Origin: an uncultured delta proteobacterium
Lineage (GTDB): Bacteria > Myxococcota > Myxococcia > SLRQ01
DNA length: 64,000 nucleotides
NCBI GenBank assembly: GCA_963727485.1
Contig: CAVSGM010000001.1
Span: 192,001 to 256,000 of the forward strand
Reading direction: 5' to 3'
Shown: positions 11,391 to 20,662 of the stretch, one piece after another
How the letters are laid out: every line of letters starts with the position of its first letter
How positions within the stretch are numbered: the stretch's first letter is position 1
Program-made: the position numbers and the translations under genes
Notes under the pieces: model-generated
Database searches by the model: none
Told to the model about the DNA's origin: nothing
The model's input: only the letters and a program-made list of their open reading frames with translations

Positions 11391-11576
11391 GTGTCGACGA
11401 GACGGCCAGGCGGGTTGATGCTGCCGTGGGGCGCCCTGGCGGCCCTGGCGCTCCTGGCCGGCTGCCCGGGCACGGCGGCCGGACCCCCGGCCCAGGACGC
11501 GGGCATCGCCGACGCGGGCATCGCCGACGGCGGCGCGAACCACCAGGTGGGCCTCGGACCCAACGCCAGACCGTGA
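11391..11576 (+). CDS. Small lipoprotein with DAG repeats (possibly truncated)
   Basis: Lipobox LLAG-C; DAGIADAGIADGG; GGGGAG RBS before the GTG start. Confidence 0.45.
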   Translation: MSTRRPGGLMLPWGALAALALLAGCPGTAAGPPAQDAGIADAGIADGGANHQVGLGPNARP

Positions 11577-11607
11577 GGCGCCGGTCGGTGCCATCGAGGA
11601 GCAGGCC

Positions 11608-12280
11608 ATGACGAGCCTGAAGACGACCCGCGCGATGGCGGTGGCCCTCCTGACCCTCGCGCCCTGGGCGGGGGCCTGGGCCACCCCGCCGGCGGCGCCG
11701 GCCTACCTGCCCATCCAGGGATACCTCACCGACGCCTCGGGGCAGCCGGTCAACGGCCAGGTCGACGTCACCGTCTCCCTCTGGCCCGGGCCCACCGGCG
11801 GCACGGCGCTCTACCAGGAGACCCAGACGGTGCAGGTGGACCAGGGGAGCTTCAGCCTCTACCTGGGCCAGAACGCCTCACCGCCCCTCGACCTCTCGAT
11901 CTTCCGGGACCGCGCGACGATCTTCGTGGGGGTGAGCGTGGACGGAGGCCCGGAGGTCCAGCCGCGCTACCAGCTCGCCACCACGCCCTACGCCGGCTTC
12001 GCCCAGTTCGCGGGGACGGTCGACTGGTCGGGCGTCACCAACGTCCCCTCGAATCTGGGGCAGGGCGGAGCCCTCGGCGGGCTCTCCTGCGCCAGCGGGC
12101 AGGTGGCCAAGTGGAACGGCAGCGCCGGGGCGAACCTGACACTGACCGGGACCACCTTCGTACCGCCCGGGACCGCATATGCCTTCCATGTCTATATGAC
12201 GGACACGCAGACAAACGTCCCCAACGACGCCTTCTTCGGCTGCCAGGTCGACTACTCGACCACCCGGCTGCAGGCCCTGA
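11608..12280 (+). CDS. Secreted fibre/adhesin-like protein (short; stop restored by removing one base at ~12274)
   Basis: Signal peptide; N-terminal domain QGYLTDASGQPVNG...GSFSLYLG...PRYQLATTPYA typical of secreted fibre proteins; CASGQVAKWNG motif. Confidence 0.6.
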
Positions 12281-12498
12281 CCCGACGCGCGCAGGTGCGG
12301 GTGCTCCCAGTGCAGCCCGGTGAGCAGCCAAGCCTCCAGCACCTCGCCCTCGTCGGGCTCGAAGTCGTCGAGAGGCACCTCCTCGGCGAAGACCTCGTCG
12401 CGGACCCGCGAGAAGCTCGAGCCACCGCAGCCACCGCAGCTCGCCGGGATGCCGAGGTCGTAGGTGCGTACGCCGCAGTCGATGCATTCCCACCACAT
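12252..12498 (-). CDS. Small rubredoxin-like zinc-ribbon protein
   Basis: MWWECIDCG...SCGGCG with AGGAG RBS; stop at 12252 reached after the same one-base correction at ~12274. Confidence 0.55.
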
Positions 12499-12576
12499 GG
12501 CGTTGCTCCTTGGCTTCCCCCTGGCTCTCCAATTAGACACCTTGGTCCCAAAACCAACAAGCGGCCGGCCGGGCCG

Positions 12577-12606
12577 TTGACACGCCTGCCCCGCGGCTGC
12601 GACAAC
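12577..12606 (+). promoter_or_regulatory. Sigma70-like promoter of bioF-bioA
   Basis: TTGACA, 18-bp spacer ending TGC, GACAAC, a few bases before the GTG start. Confidence 0.4.
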
Positions 12607-12614
12607 CCGCTCTC

Positions 12615-13805
12615 GTGTCGCACCCGTTGGACTTCATCGATGACGCCCTCGCCAAGCTTGATCGGGCCGAGCTGCGCCGGGTGCTCCACCCCATCACCGG
12701 GGGGAGCGCCGCGGAGATCGTCCTCGACGGCAAGCGCTACCTCGACTTCAGCTCCAACGACTACCTGGGGCTGGCGCGCGACGCGCGACTGGTGGCGGCG
12801 GCGAAGGCGGCGCTCGATCGCGACGGGGTCGGGTCCGGGGCCTCGCGCCTCATCACCGGCCACCACGACGCCCACGCGTCGTTGGAGGGGGCGCTCGCCT
12901 CGCTGAAGGGTACCGAGGCGGCGCTCTCGTTCAACAGCGGCTACCACGCCAACCTCGGCACCATCCCCGCCCTGGTGGGCGAGGGCGACGTCGTCCTCTC
13001 CGACGCCCTCAACCACGCCTCGCTCATCGACGGGGCGAGGCTCTCCCGGGCGCGGATCGAGGTCTACCACCACGGCGATCTCGACGACCTGGCCCGGGCG
13101 CTCGCCGGGGCCCGGGGGAAGCGGCGGCGCCTGGTGCTCACCGACGCCCTCTTCTCCATGGACGGCGACCTCGCGCCCCTCGAGGGCATCTGTGATCTCG
13201 CCGAAGCCGAAGGCGCCATGGTCATGGTCGACGAGGCCCACGCCACCGGGGTCTTCGGCGCGCGCGGCGCCGGGGTCGCCGAGCACCTCGGGGTCTCGGA
13301 TCGGATCGCGGTGCAGATGGGGACCCTGGGCAAGGCGCTCGGGGCCTTCGGCGCCTACGTCGCCGGGGAGCAGCGCCTCCGCGACTACCTGGTGAACCGG
13401 GCGCGGAGCTTCGTGTTCACCACCGGGCTCCCCCCGGCCGTCGCCGCCGCCGCCGAGGCCGCGGTGGGGCTGGTGCGCGAGGACGCCGCGGGCCTCCGGG
13501 CGCGCCTGTGGCGCAACGTCGCCCGCTTCCGCGCCGGCCTCGACACCCTGGGCCTCGACTACCGCCGCTCGCCCTCGCAGATCTTCCCCATCATGGTCGG
13601 GCCGCCCGGGGAGACCATGGCGGTCTCGGCGGCGCTCAAGGACCGCGGGATCTACGCCCACGGCATCCGCCCGCCGACGGTCCCCGAGGGCACCGGCCGG
13701 GTGCGCATGACCCTCCGGGCGACCCACACCGAGGCGCACATCGACGCCGCCCTCGAGGCCCTCGAGGACGTCCTCGGCCCCCGCCGCCGCGCCGCCGGCA
13801 CCTGA
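12615..13805 (+). CDS. bioF: 8-amino-7-oxononanoate synthase
   Basis: FSSNDYLGL, GSGASRLITG, SDALNHASLIDG, DEAH and GTLGKALG motifs. Confidence 0.95.
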   Translation: MSHPLDFIDDALAKLDRAELRRVLHPITGGSAAEIVLDGKRYLDFSSNDYLGLARDARLVAAAKAALDRDGVGSGASRLITGHHDAHASLEGALASLKGTEAALSFNSGYHANLGTIPALVGEGDVVLSDALNHASLIDGARLSRARIEVYHHGDLDDLARALAGARGKRRRLVLTDALFSMDGDLAPLEGICDLAEAEGAMVMVDEAHATGVFGARGAGVAEHLGVSDRIAVQMGTLGKALGAFGAYVAGEQRLRDYLVNRARSFVFTTGLPPAVAAAAEAAVGLVREDAAGLRARLWRNVARFRAGLDTLGLDYRRSPSQIFPIMVGPPGETMAVSAALKDRGIYAHGIRPPTVPEGTGRVRMTLRATHTEAHIDAALEALEDVLGPRRRAAGT

Positions 13806-13846
13806 CCCTGCGCCCGCCGCCTCGAGCCCCCGCCGGAGCGACTCCC

Positions 13847-15115
13847 ATGTCCGATCGCCACGCCCACCTCGTCGACGTCGACACCCACCACGTCTGGCAC
13901 CCCTTCACCCAGATGGCCGACTGGATGGGCACCGAGCCGCTGATCATCGAGCGCGGCGAGGGCGCCTGGCTCTTCGACGACCAGGGCAACCGCTATCTCG
14001 ACGGGGTCAGTAGCCTCTGGGTCACGGTGCACGGCCACCGGCGCCCCGAGATCGACGACGCCATTGGCGCCCAGCTGGGTCGCCTCGACCACTCGACGAT
14101 GCTCGGGCTGGCCAGCGTCCCCTCCATCGAGCTCGCCGAGCAGCTCCTGAAGGTGGTCCCCGAGGGGCTCACCCGGGTGTTCTACAGCGACAACGGCTCC
14201 ACCGCGGTGGAGGTGGCGCTGAAGGTCAGCTACCAGTACTGGCAGCAGCAGGGGCGCCCCGAGAAGCGCACGTTCGCGACCCTGAAGGAGGCCTACCACG
14301 GCGACACCATCGGCTCGGTGTCGCTCGGGGGCATCGACCTCTTCCACGCCACCTACAAGGCGCTGCTCTTCGACAGCTTCAAGCTCGACCCCTTCGACGC
14401 CGAGGGCCTGGAGGCCCTCTTCGCCGAGCACGCAGGTGAGCTGGCGGCGGTGATCATGGAGCCTTTGATGCAAGGCGCCGCCGGGATGATCGCCCACCCG
14501 CCCGGGTTCCTCACCCGGGTGCGCGAGCTCTGCGACGCGCACGAGGTGCTCCTGGTCCTCGACGAGGTGGCCACCGGCTTCGGGCGCACCGGGAAGATGT
14601 TCGCCTGCGAGCACGAGGGCGTGCGCCCCGACGCCCTCTGCGTCGCCAAGGGCATCACCGGCGGCTACCTGCCGCTGGCCGCCACCGTGTTCTCCGAGCG
14701 GATCCACGACGGCTTCCTCGGCGAGGGCCAGACCTTCTTCCACGGCCACACCTACACCGGCAACCCGCTCGCCTGCGCCGCGGCGCTGGCGAACCTGAAG
14801 CTCTTCGAGACCGACCGCACCCTCGAGAAGCTCCAGGGGCGCATCGCCCAGCTCACCGCCGGGCTGGAGAAGCTCGCGGCCCACCCCAAGGTGAAGGAGA
14901 TCCGCCAGCGGGGCTTCATGGTCGGCCTCGAGCTCGACTACCCGGAGACGGTGAAGATGGCCCACGAGGTGTGCATGAAGGTCCGGGAGCGCGAGCTCAT
15001 CCTCCGGAACCTGGGCAACGTGGTGGTGCTGATGCCGCCGCTGTCCATCACCGAGGACGAGCTCGCCCACCTCCTGGAGGTGCTGGGCTGGGCCATCGAC
15101 GCCCTGTGCGGCTGA
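13847..15115 (+). CDS. bioA: Adenosylmethionine-8-amino-7-oxononanoate aminotransferase
   Basis: VWHPFTQM, YHGDTIG, DEVATGFGRTG, AKGITGGYLPL and HGHTYTGNPL motifs. Confidence 0.95.
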   Translation: MSDRHAHLVDVDTHHVWHPFTQMADWMGTEPLIIERGEGAWLFDDQGNRYLDGVSSLWVTVHGHRRPEIDDAIGAQLGRLDHSTMLGLASVPSIELAEQLLKVVPEGLTRVFYSDNGSTAVEVALKVSYQYWQQQGRPEKRTFATLKEAYHGDTIGSVSLGGIDLFHATYKALLFDSFKLDPFDAEGLEALFAEHAGELAAVIMEPLMQGAAGMIAHPPGFLTRVRELCDAHEVLLVLDEVATGFGRTGKMFACEHEGVRPDALCVAKGITGGYLPLAATVFSERIHDGFLGEGQTFFHGHTYTGNPLACAAALANLKLFETDRTLEKLQGRIAQLTAGLEKLAAHPKVKEIRQRGFMVGLELDYPETVKMAHEVCMKVRERELILRNLGNVVVLMPPLSITEDELAHLLEVLGWAIDALCG

Positions 15116-15132
15116 GGCGAGTCGCACCCCAG

Positions 15133-15379
15133 GCCCCCCGAGATGAGTTCGGCCGGCACCGGCACCGACACCTCGTCCGCGCACCCCCACTCTTGGCGTG
15201 CGGACGTATGTCGATGCCGGGCCAGCCGTGGGTCCTCACCCGGCCTGGAACTGCCGTCCCCGGGCAACGATGCGGGGGACGTGCCAACCGTGCCGGGATC
15301 CCGCCAAGCCACTGGCACCACAGGGGAAGGTGCCCACAGGTGCCCTGAAACCGGGCCCGCCAGGGCTCGCTGAGGGGGC
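15133..15379. ncRNA. Candidate structured non-coding RNA of unknown family
   Basis: Lies between convergent bioA and the cytochrome gene; ends are complementary and enclose four hairpins; no convincing ORF. Confidence 0.35.
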
Positions 15380-15387
15380 TGAATCAG

Positions 15388-15402
15388 GCAAGACGCGCGC
15401 CG
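15388..15402 (-). promoter_or_regulatory. Sigma54-like promoter
   Basis: Minus strand CGGCGCG-CGTC-TTGC with exact GG-N10-GC spacing. Confidence 0.4.
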
Positions 15403-15571
15403 ATTCCTGCGTGATACGCAGCATCTGCGCACTTCTGCGGCCCGCCGGCCCGGACGCAGGACGGCCGGCGCCGGTCCCGCCCCACCTCCCCGCGCGCCGA
15501 AGTCCACCGTGCGTCGGAGGGCGGGCCCGGGACCGGGCCGGCCGTGGTCGTTCCGAGGCCTGGTCGTCAGG

Positions 15572-18145
15572 CTACGGCAGGCTCGTCTGCGGCCGGATGA
15601 GGCCGGTGGTGTCCCCGCCGATGTCCTCGATGCTGTCGTAGAGGAGCTCGCCCATGTAGGCGAAGTTGTGGGCGAAGGCGCCGGGGTCCTTGGTGGCGAA
15701 CTGGAGGTTGAAGGACGCCTTGAGCAGCGCCGGGGTCCAGGCCGAGTAGGCGTTGGCGAACACCGCCTCGGTGGCGTCGCAGCTCCCGCTGGAGTCGGTG
15801 TCGTTGAAGAAGTACGGATAGGCCGCCGGGTCGTAGCAGATGGGGTTGCCACCGGCGATCGACACGGTGCTCATCGCGGCGACGAGCTTCTGGCGCAGCC
15901 CCTCGAGCTGATCGTGGAGGGTGGTGGTCGCCGGGTCGTTGTCGTAGTTGGCGTTGTGCCGCATCACGATGTCCTGAACGTTGGTGATCGAGGTGTGGCA
16001 GATCTGGCAGGTGGCGACGTTGTCCTGGGGCCGGAAGGTGTGCTTGGTCTTCACCGGGTCGTGGCAGAGGGTGCAGCTGGTGCCCGGCGGGTGGGTCCAC
16101 GTGGCGGCGTAGCTCTTGCCGTCGTACTCGTAGCCGACCTTTCCGTCGTCACCGAGGAGGGTCGCCGCCGCCGGCAGGTAGTGGATGTTCACGAAGCCGA
16201 GGGTGCCCGAGGCGATCTTGGCGTCGACGCTGGCCTTCGACTCGCGACCCTGGTGGCAGGTGGCGCACATGTTGGAGTCGTTGTCCTGGAGGCTGGTGGT
16301 CACGCCGCTCGGGAGGGTGACCGTGGGCACCTGGATCCGGGTGAAGGTCTGCAGGTTGTCGTGGCAGGTCTCGCACTGGAGCCCGTTGGCCTGGGCGATG
16401 GGCACCTCGGTGCCGGTCCCGTACTCCAGGAAGAAGTGGAAGCCGGTGGCACCGCCGTGGCAGCGGGAGCAGCTCGCCGACACCGCGCCGTCGGCGTCCC
16501 AGTGGCGGAACTGCTCCGCCGAGCCCTGGAAGTGGCCGAAGTCGGTGCGGGTCAGCCCGGTGACGTTCGCCGGGTTGAGGTCGTTCATCGAGTCGTACAT
16601 CAGCTCGATGACATACTTGGCGTTGTGGGCGAAGGCGCCCGGGTCCTTGGTGACGTACTGGAGGTTGTAGGTCGCCCGCACCAGCCGCGGCGTCCAGGTC
16701 TTGTACCCGTTGGCGAAGACCGCCTCGGTGGCGTCGCAGGCGCCGTTCCCGTCGGTGTCCTTGAAGAAGTAGGGGTAGGTCGCCGGGTCGTAGCAGATGG
16801 CATCGGCGCCGGTGAGGCCGGTGGCGTAGGCCTGGATCGCCGTCAGCAGCTGGGTGCGCAGGTGGTCGACCTCGTGCCAGATGCCCTCGGTGGTGTCGCC
16901 GTTGCCGTCGTAGTCGATGGCCGCCGAGCTCGCCATCCGGATGTTCTTCAGGTCGTCGACGGTGGTGACGCCCGTGTGGCAGGTCTCGCAGGCGTCGAGG
17001 CGGATCTTGAGCGTGTGCTGGTCGTGGCAGCCGACGCACGAGTCGCGGGTGGACACGTGGGCGAAGCGCACGTCGTAGCTCTGGCCGTCGTACTGGTAGC
17101 CGCCCTGCACCAGGCCGCCGTTGAGGGTGGCGCCGGCGGCGAAGTAGTGGACGTTGATGAACCCGAGGCTGGTGTCGATGGTGTCCGGGGCGGCGGTGGT
17201 GGGCACCGCGGTGTTCACGCTCACCGTGGACTCACGCCCCTGGTGGCAGACCATGCACCGCGCCGAGCTGTCGAGGTTGGAGACGGTGGCCCCCGAGGGG
17301 AAGGTCACCGAGGTGAGCTTCTGGGCGGCGGCGCTGTGGCAGGCGTTGCAGGTGATCACCTCGCCCACCGGCACCGCGTGGTCCACCGTGCCCACCGCGC
17401 TCCCGTCGTCGCCGAGGTAGTCGCGGTAGCCGCTGGTGGTGTGGCACCGGGCGCAGGAGGTGGGCACCTCCGGCGGGTCGTCGGCGTTCCAGTGGGTGAA
17501 GGGCTCGGCGGTGGCCAGGGCGTGCCCCGACCCGGCCCAGGCGTCGTAGTTGGGGATCTTGGTGGGATCGATCCCGGGCTCCAGGATCACCACGCCCACG
17601 TCGCCCTTGGCGCCGGTGTCGGCGCCGGTGGCGGTGACCACCGCCTCGCCGGGCCCGACCGCGGTCACCAGGCCGGTGGCATCCACGGAGGCGACCTGGT
17701 CGTCGCTCGAGGCCCAGGTGTAGCCGGAGTCGGTGCCGTTGGTGGTGGTGGCGGTGGCCTGGGTGGTGCCCCCGATGGCGAGCATGTAGGTGGTGACCGC
17801 GGCGGCGACCGTGGCGGTCGGCGGCTCGGTGAGGACCGCGACGCCGTGGCTGGCGGCGGCGGCGGTGTCCTTGCCGGTGACGCTGATCTTCGTCTCACCG
17901 GCGGCGACGCCGGTGACCTTGCCGGTGGCGTCGACGGTGGCGATGGCGGTGTCGGCGCTCGACCAGGTGTAGCCCGAGTCGGTGCCGTTCACCGTGGTGG
18001 CGGTGAGCTTGAGCGTCTGGCCCACCTGGACCGAGACGTCGCCGGCGATCTGGACCACGGGCGTGGCCTTGGTGCCGGCGCAGGCGGTGACGAACGAGAG
18101 GCCGAGGAGCAGGACGCTCCTGGACCAGAGGCGATGACGGCGCAT
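15572..18145 (-). CDS. Decaheme c-type cytochrome lipoprotein with two Ig-like (Big_2) domains
   Basis: Lipobox VTA-C; two TWxSxD...AxVDATGxVTxV Ig repeats; 10 CxxCH motifs in two homologous pentaheme modules. Confidence 0.9.
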   Translation of the reverse strand: MRRHRLWSRSVLLLGLSFVTACAGTKATPVVQIAGDVSVQVGQTLKLTATTVNGTDSGYTWSSADTAIATVDATGKVTGVAAGETKISVTGKDTAAAASHGVAVLTEPPTATVAAAVTTYMLAIGGTTQATATTTNGTDSGYTWASSDDQVASVDATGLVTAVGPGEAVVTATGADTGAKGDVGVVILEPGIDPTKIPNYDAWAGSGHALATAEPFTHWNADDPPEVPTSCARCHTTSGYRDYLGDDGSAVGTVDHAVPVGEVITCNACHSAAAQKLTSVTFPSGATVSNLDSSARCMVCHQGRESTVSVNTAVPTTAAPDTIDTSLGFINVHYFAAGATLNGGLVQGGYQYDGQSYDVRFAHVSTRDSCVGCHDQHTLKIRLDACETCHTGVTTVDDLKNIRMASSAAIDYDGNGDTTEGIWHEVDHLRTQLLTAIQAYATGLTGADAICYDPATYPYFFKDTDGNGACDATEAVFANGYKTWTPRLVRATYNLQYVTKDPGAFAHNAKYVIELMYDSMNDLNPANVTGLTRTDFGHFQGSAEQFRHWDADGAVSASCSRCHGGATGFHFFLEYGTGTEVPIAQANGLQCETCHDNLQTFTRIQVPTVTLPSGVTTSLQDNDSNMCATCHQGRESKASVDAKIASGTLGFVNIHYLPAAATLLGDDGKVGYEYDGKSYAATWTHPPGTSCTLCHDPVKTKHTFRPQDNVATCQICHTSITNVQDIVMRHNANYDNDPATTTLHDQLEGLRQKLVAAMSTVSIAGGNPICYDPAAYPYFFNDTDSSGSCDATEAVFANAYSAWTPALLKASFNLQFATKDPGAFAHNFAYMGELLYDSIEDIGGDTTGLIRPQTSLP

Positions 18146-18216
18146 GTTCCCCTCCCCGTGCGGACCGACCCGGCCGACGTTCGTCCGCGTGGGGGGACGT
18201 CGACTGCTCCGGTCCG

Positions 18217-18276
18217 GGAATGACGCGTGCCAGGAGCAAGTTCCTGACGCGGGGCAGCGTGCGCGTCGCGTGCCAA
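18217..18276 (-). promoter_or_regulatory. Tandem sigma54-like boxes upstream of the cytochrome gene
   Basis: Minus strand TTGGCACG-CGAC-GCGCA (18260-18276, GG-N10-GC) and CTGGCACG-CGTC-ATTC (18217-18233, imperfect -12). Confidence 0.5.
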
Positions 18277-18349
18277 CCGCGCCCGGGTCCCCGGAGGGCC
18301 CCCGGGCGGCTTGCGGCAACGCCGACCCTGGGGTTTGGTAGCCCCGGAA

Positions 18350-20618
18350 ATGGGCGCATCGTTCCTGGAAGATCTGAACCCCGAGCAGCGGGAGGCGGCG
18401 GCCCACGTCGAGGGGCCCCTGCTCATCCTCGCCGGGGCGGGATCGGGCAAGACGCGCGTCATCACCCACCGGATCGCGCACCTCGTGCGGACGGAGGGCG
18501 TCGCCCCTGGGGAGATTCTCGCCGTCACCTTCACCAACAAGGCGGCCGGCGAGATGCGCCGGCGCATCGGCGATCTCCTGGGGTGGGCGGCGGCGTCGGC
18601 GGTGTGGGCGAGCACCTTCCACAGCGCCGGGGTGCGCATCCTCCGCCGGGACGGGCACCACCTGGGCCTGCCCCCCAACCTGGTGGTCTACGACGACGCC
18701 GACCAGCGCGCCCTGGTCCGCCGCATCACCCGGCAGCTCGGCCTCGACCCCGCGATGTACCCCGACCGCCAGCTCCTCTCGCGCATCGACAAGGTCAAGA
18801 GCGCCGGCGGGGGCCCGGGCGACCTGGAGGTCTCCCTCTTCGACCCGGTGGGGGAGAAGGCGCGGGTGGTCTTCGAGCACTACCAGAAGGCCCTGCGGGC
18901 GGCGGGGGCGGTGGACTTCGGCGACCTGCTGGTGGAGTCGGTGCGCCTGCTCGAGACCGTGGACAGCGTGCGCGAGCGGCTACCAGCGCGAGCTGCGCTT
19001 CGTCATGGTCGACGAGTTCCAGGACACCAGCCCGGTGCAGTACGCCCTCATCCGGCTCCTCGCCGGGCCCCGCAAGAACCTGGTGGTGGTCGGCGACGAC
19101 GACCAGGCCATCTACCGCTGGCGCGGCGCCGACATCCGCAACATCCTCTCCTTCGAGCGCGACCATCCCGACGCCAAGGTGGTGCGCCTCGAGCGCAACT
19201 ACCGCTCCACCCAGGTCATCCTCGACGCCGCCCACGCGGTCATCGAGCGCAACCGCGAGCGCAAGGACAAGCGCCTGTGGACCGACCGGGACGGGGGCGA
19301 GCTCATCCAGGTGCTCCAGGTCTCCGACGAGCAGGACGAGGCGCGCCTGGTCGCCGCGCGCCTCGATGACCTCGCAGGGCGCCACCCCAGGCGCGAGCTC
19401 GCGGTCTTCTACCGGGTCAACGCCCAGAGCCGGGTCCTCGAGGACGCCCTGCGCGCCGCGCGCATCCCCTACCACGTGGTCCGCGGGCGCTCGTTCTACG
19501 ACCGCGCCGAGATCAAGGACCTCACCAGCTACCTGCGCCTCTCGGTGAACCCCCGCTCCGACGCCGACGTCCTCCGGGTGATCAACACCCCCCGTCGGGG
19601 CCTGGGCAAGAAGACCGTCGAGCGCCTCCAGTCGGCGGCGCTGGCGGCGGGGACCAGCCTCTTCGAGGTCCTTCAGACCGGCCTCGACCTCCCGGAGGTG
19701 AGCGCCGCGGCCCTGAAGAAGCTCCACCGGTTCCGGGACCTGGTCGCCGGGCTCCACGCCCAGGTGGTGGCCGACCGGCCACCCCAGGACGTGGTCGAGG
19801 CGGCGATCACCGAGTCGGGCTACGCCCGGGCCCTCACCGACGAGGGCACCGAGGAGGCCGCCGAGCGCCTGGAGAACCTCCAGGAGATGATCAACGCCGC
19901 CGCCGCCCGCGCCGACGAGGGCAAGAGCCTCATGGACTTCCTCGACGAGATGGCGCTCACCGGCGACGCCGACGACGCCACCGACGACGGGGACGCGGTG
20001 AGCCTGATGACCCTGCACGCCGCCAAGGGCCTGGAGTTCGACGGGGTGGTCATCGTGGGGATGGAGGAGCGCACCTTCCCCCACGGCCGCGCCTTCCAGG
20101 GCTTCGACGGCTTCGAGGAGGACGAGGCGCAGATGGCCGAGGAGCGGCGCCTCTGCTACGTGGGCTTCACCCGGGCGCGCCGGGAGCTGCTGCTCACCTG
20201 CGCCCGGACCCGGTTCCTCCACGGGCAGCGCCAGGTGCGGAGCCCCTCACGCTTCCTCGGCGAGATCCCCCCGGAGCTGGTGGCGGGGGTGCCGGTGGCG
20301 CCGTCCTGGGGCACGGCCCAGGGTTTCGGGACCCAGGGGGGCTTCGGCGCCACCGGCCGCGGCGACCTCGACGACGACCTCGCCGACGAGCCCGAGCTCG
20401 GGGAGGAGGACGGGATCGTGGTCGACTACGCCTTCGACCAGCGGCCGGCCGGGGAGGGCGGCGGCGTGGCCGCCCGGGGCCGACGGGTGCGCCACCGGAC
20501 CTTCGGCACCGGGGAGATCCGCTCGGTCGATGGGCGTGGCCCCCAGGCCCGGTTGCTGGTCCACTTCGAGGGGGTGGGCACCAAGAAGATCCTGGCTCGG
20601 TACGTAGAGCTGATTTGA
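18350..20618 (+). CDS. uvrD: UvrD/PcrA-family DNA helicase (+1 frameshift at ~18978)
   Basis: LAGAGSGKT, TFTNKAA, MVDEFQDT, VVGDDDQAIYRWRG, TLHAAKGLEF, EERRLCYVGFTRA and a C-terminal Tudor-like tail. Confidence 0.93.
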
Positions 20619-20662
20619 GCCGAGCTGTGTGTTAACGTCCCAACTTTACGGGGCATTTGTCG

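Noticed and set aside
15305..15335. Cobalamin riboswitch-like motif GCCACTG...GGGAAGG
   Set aside because: The upstream core (GGGAA..GGTG..AATCC) is not evident and no plus-strand gene follows; the next gene is convergent.
15133..15379. Retron msr/msd, 6S RNA, tmRNA, RNase P or SRP identity for the structured element
   Set aside because: There is no reverse transcriptase in the window, and I could not find the diagnostic motifs of these RNAs.
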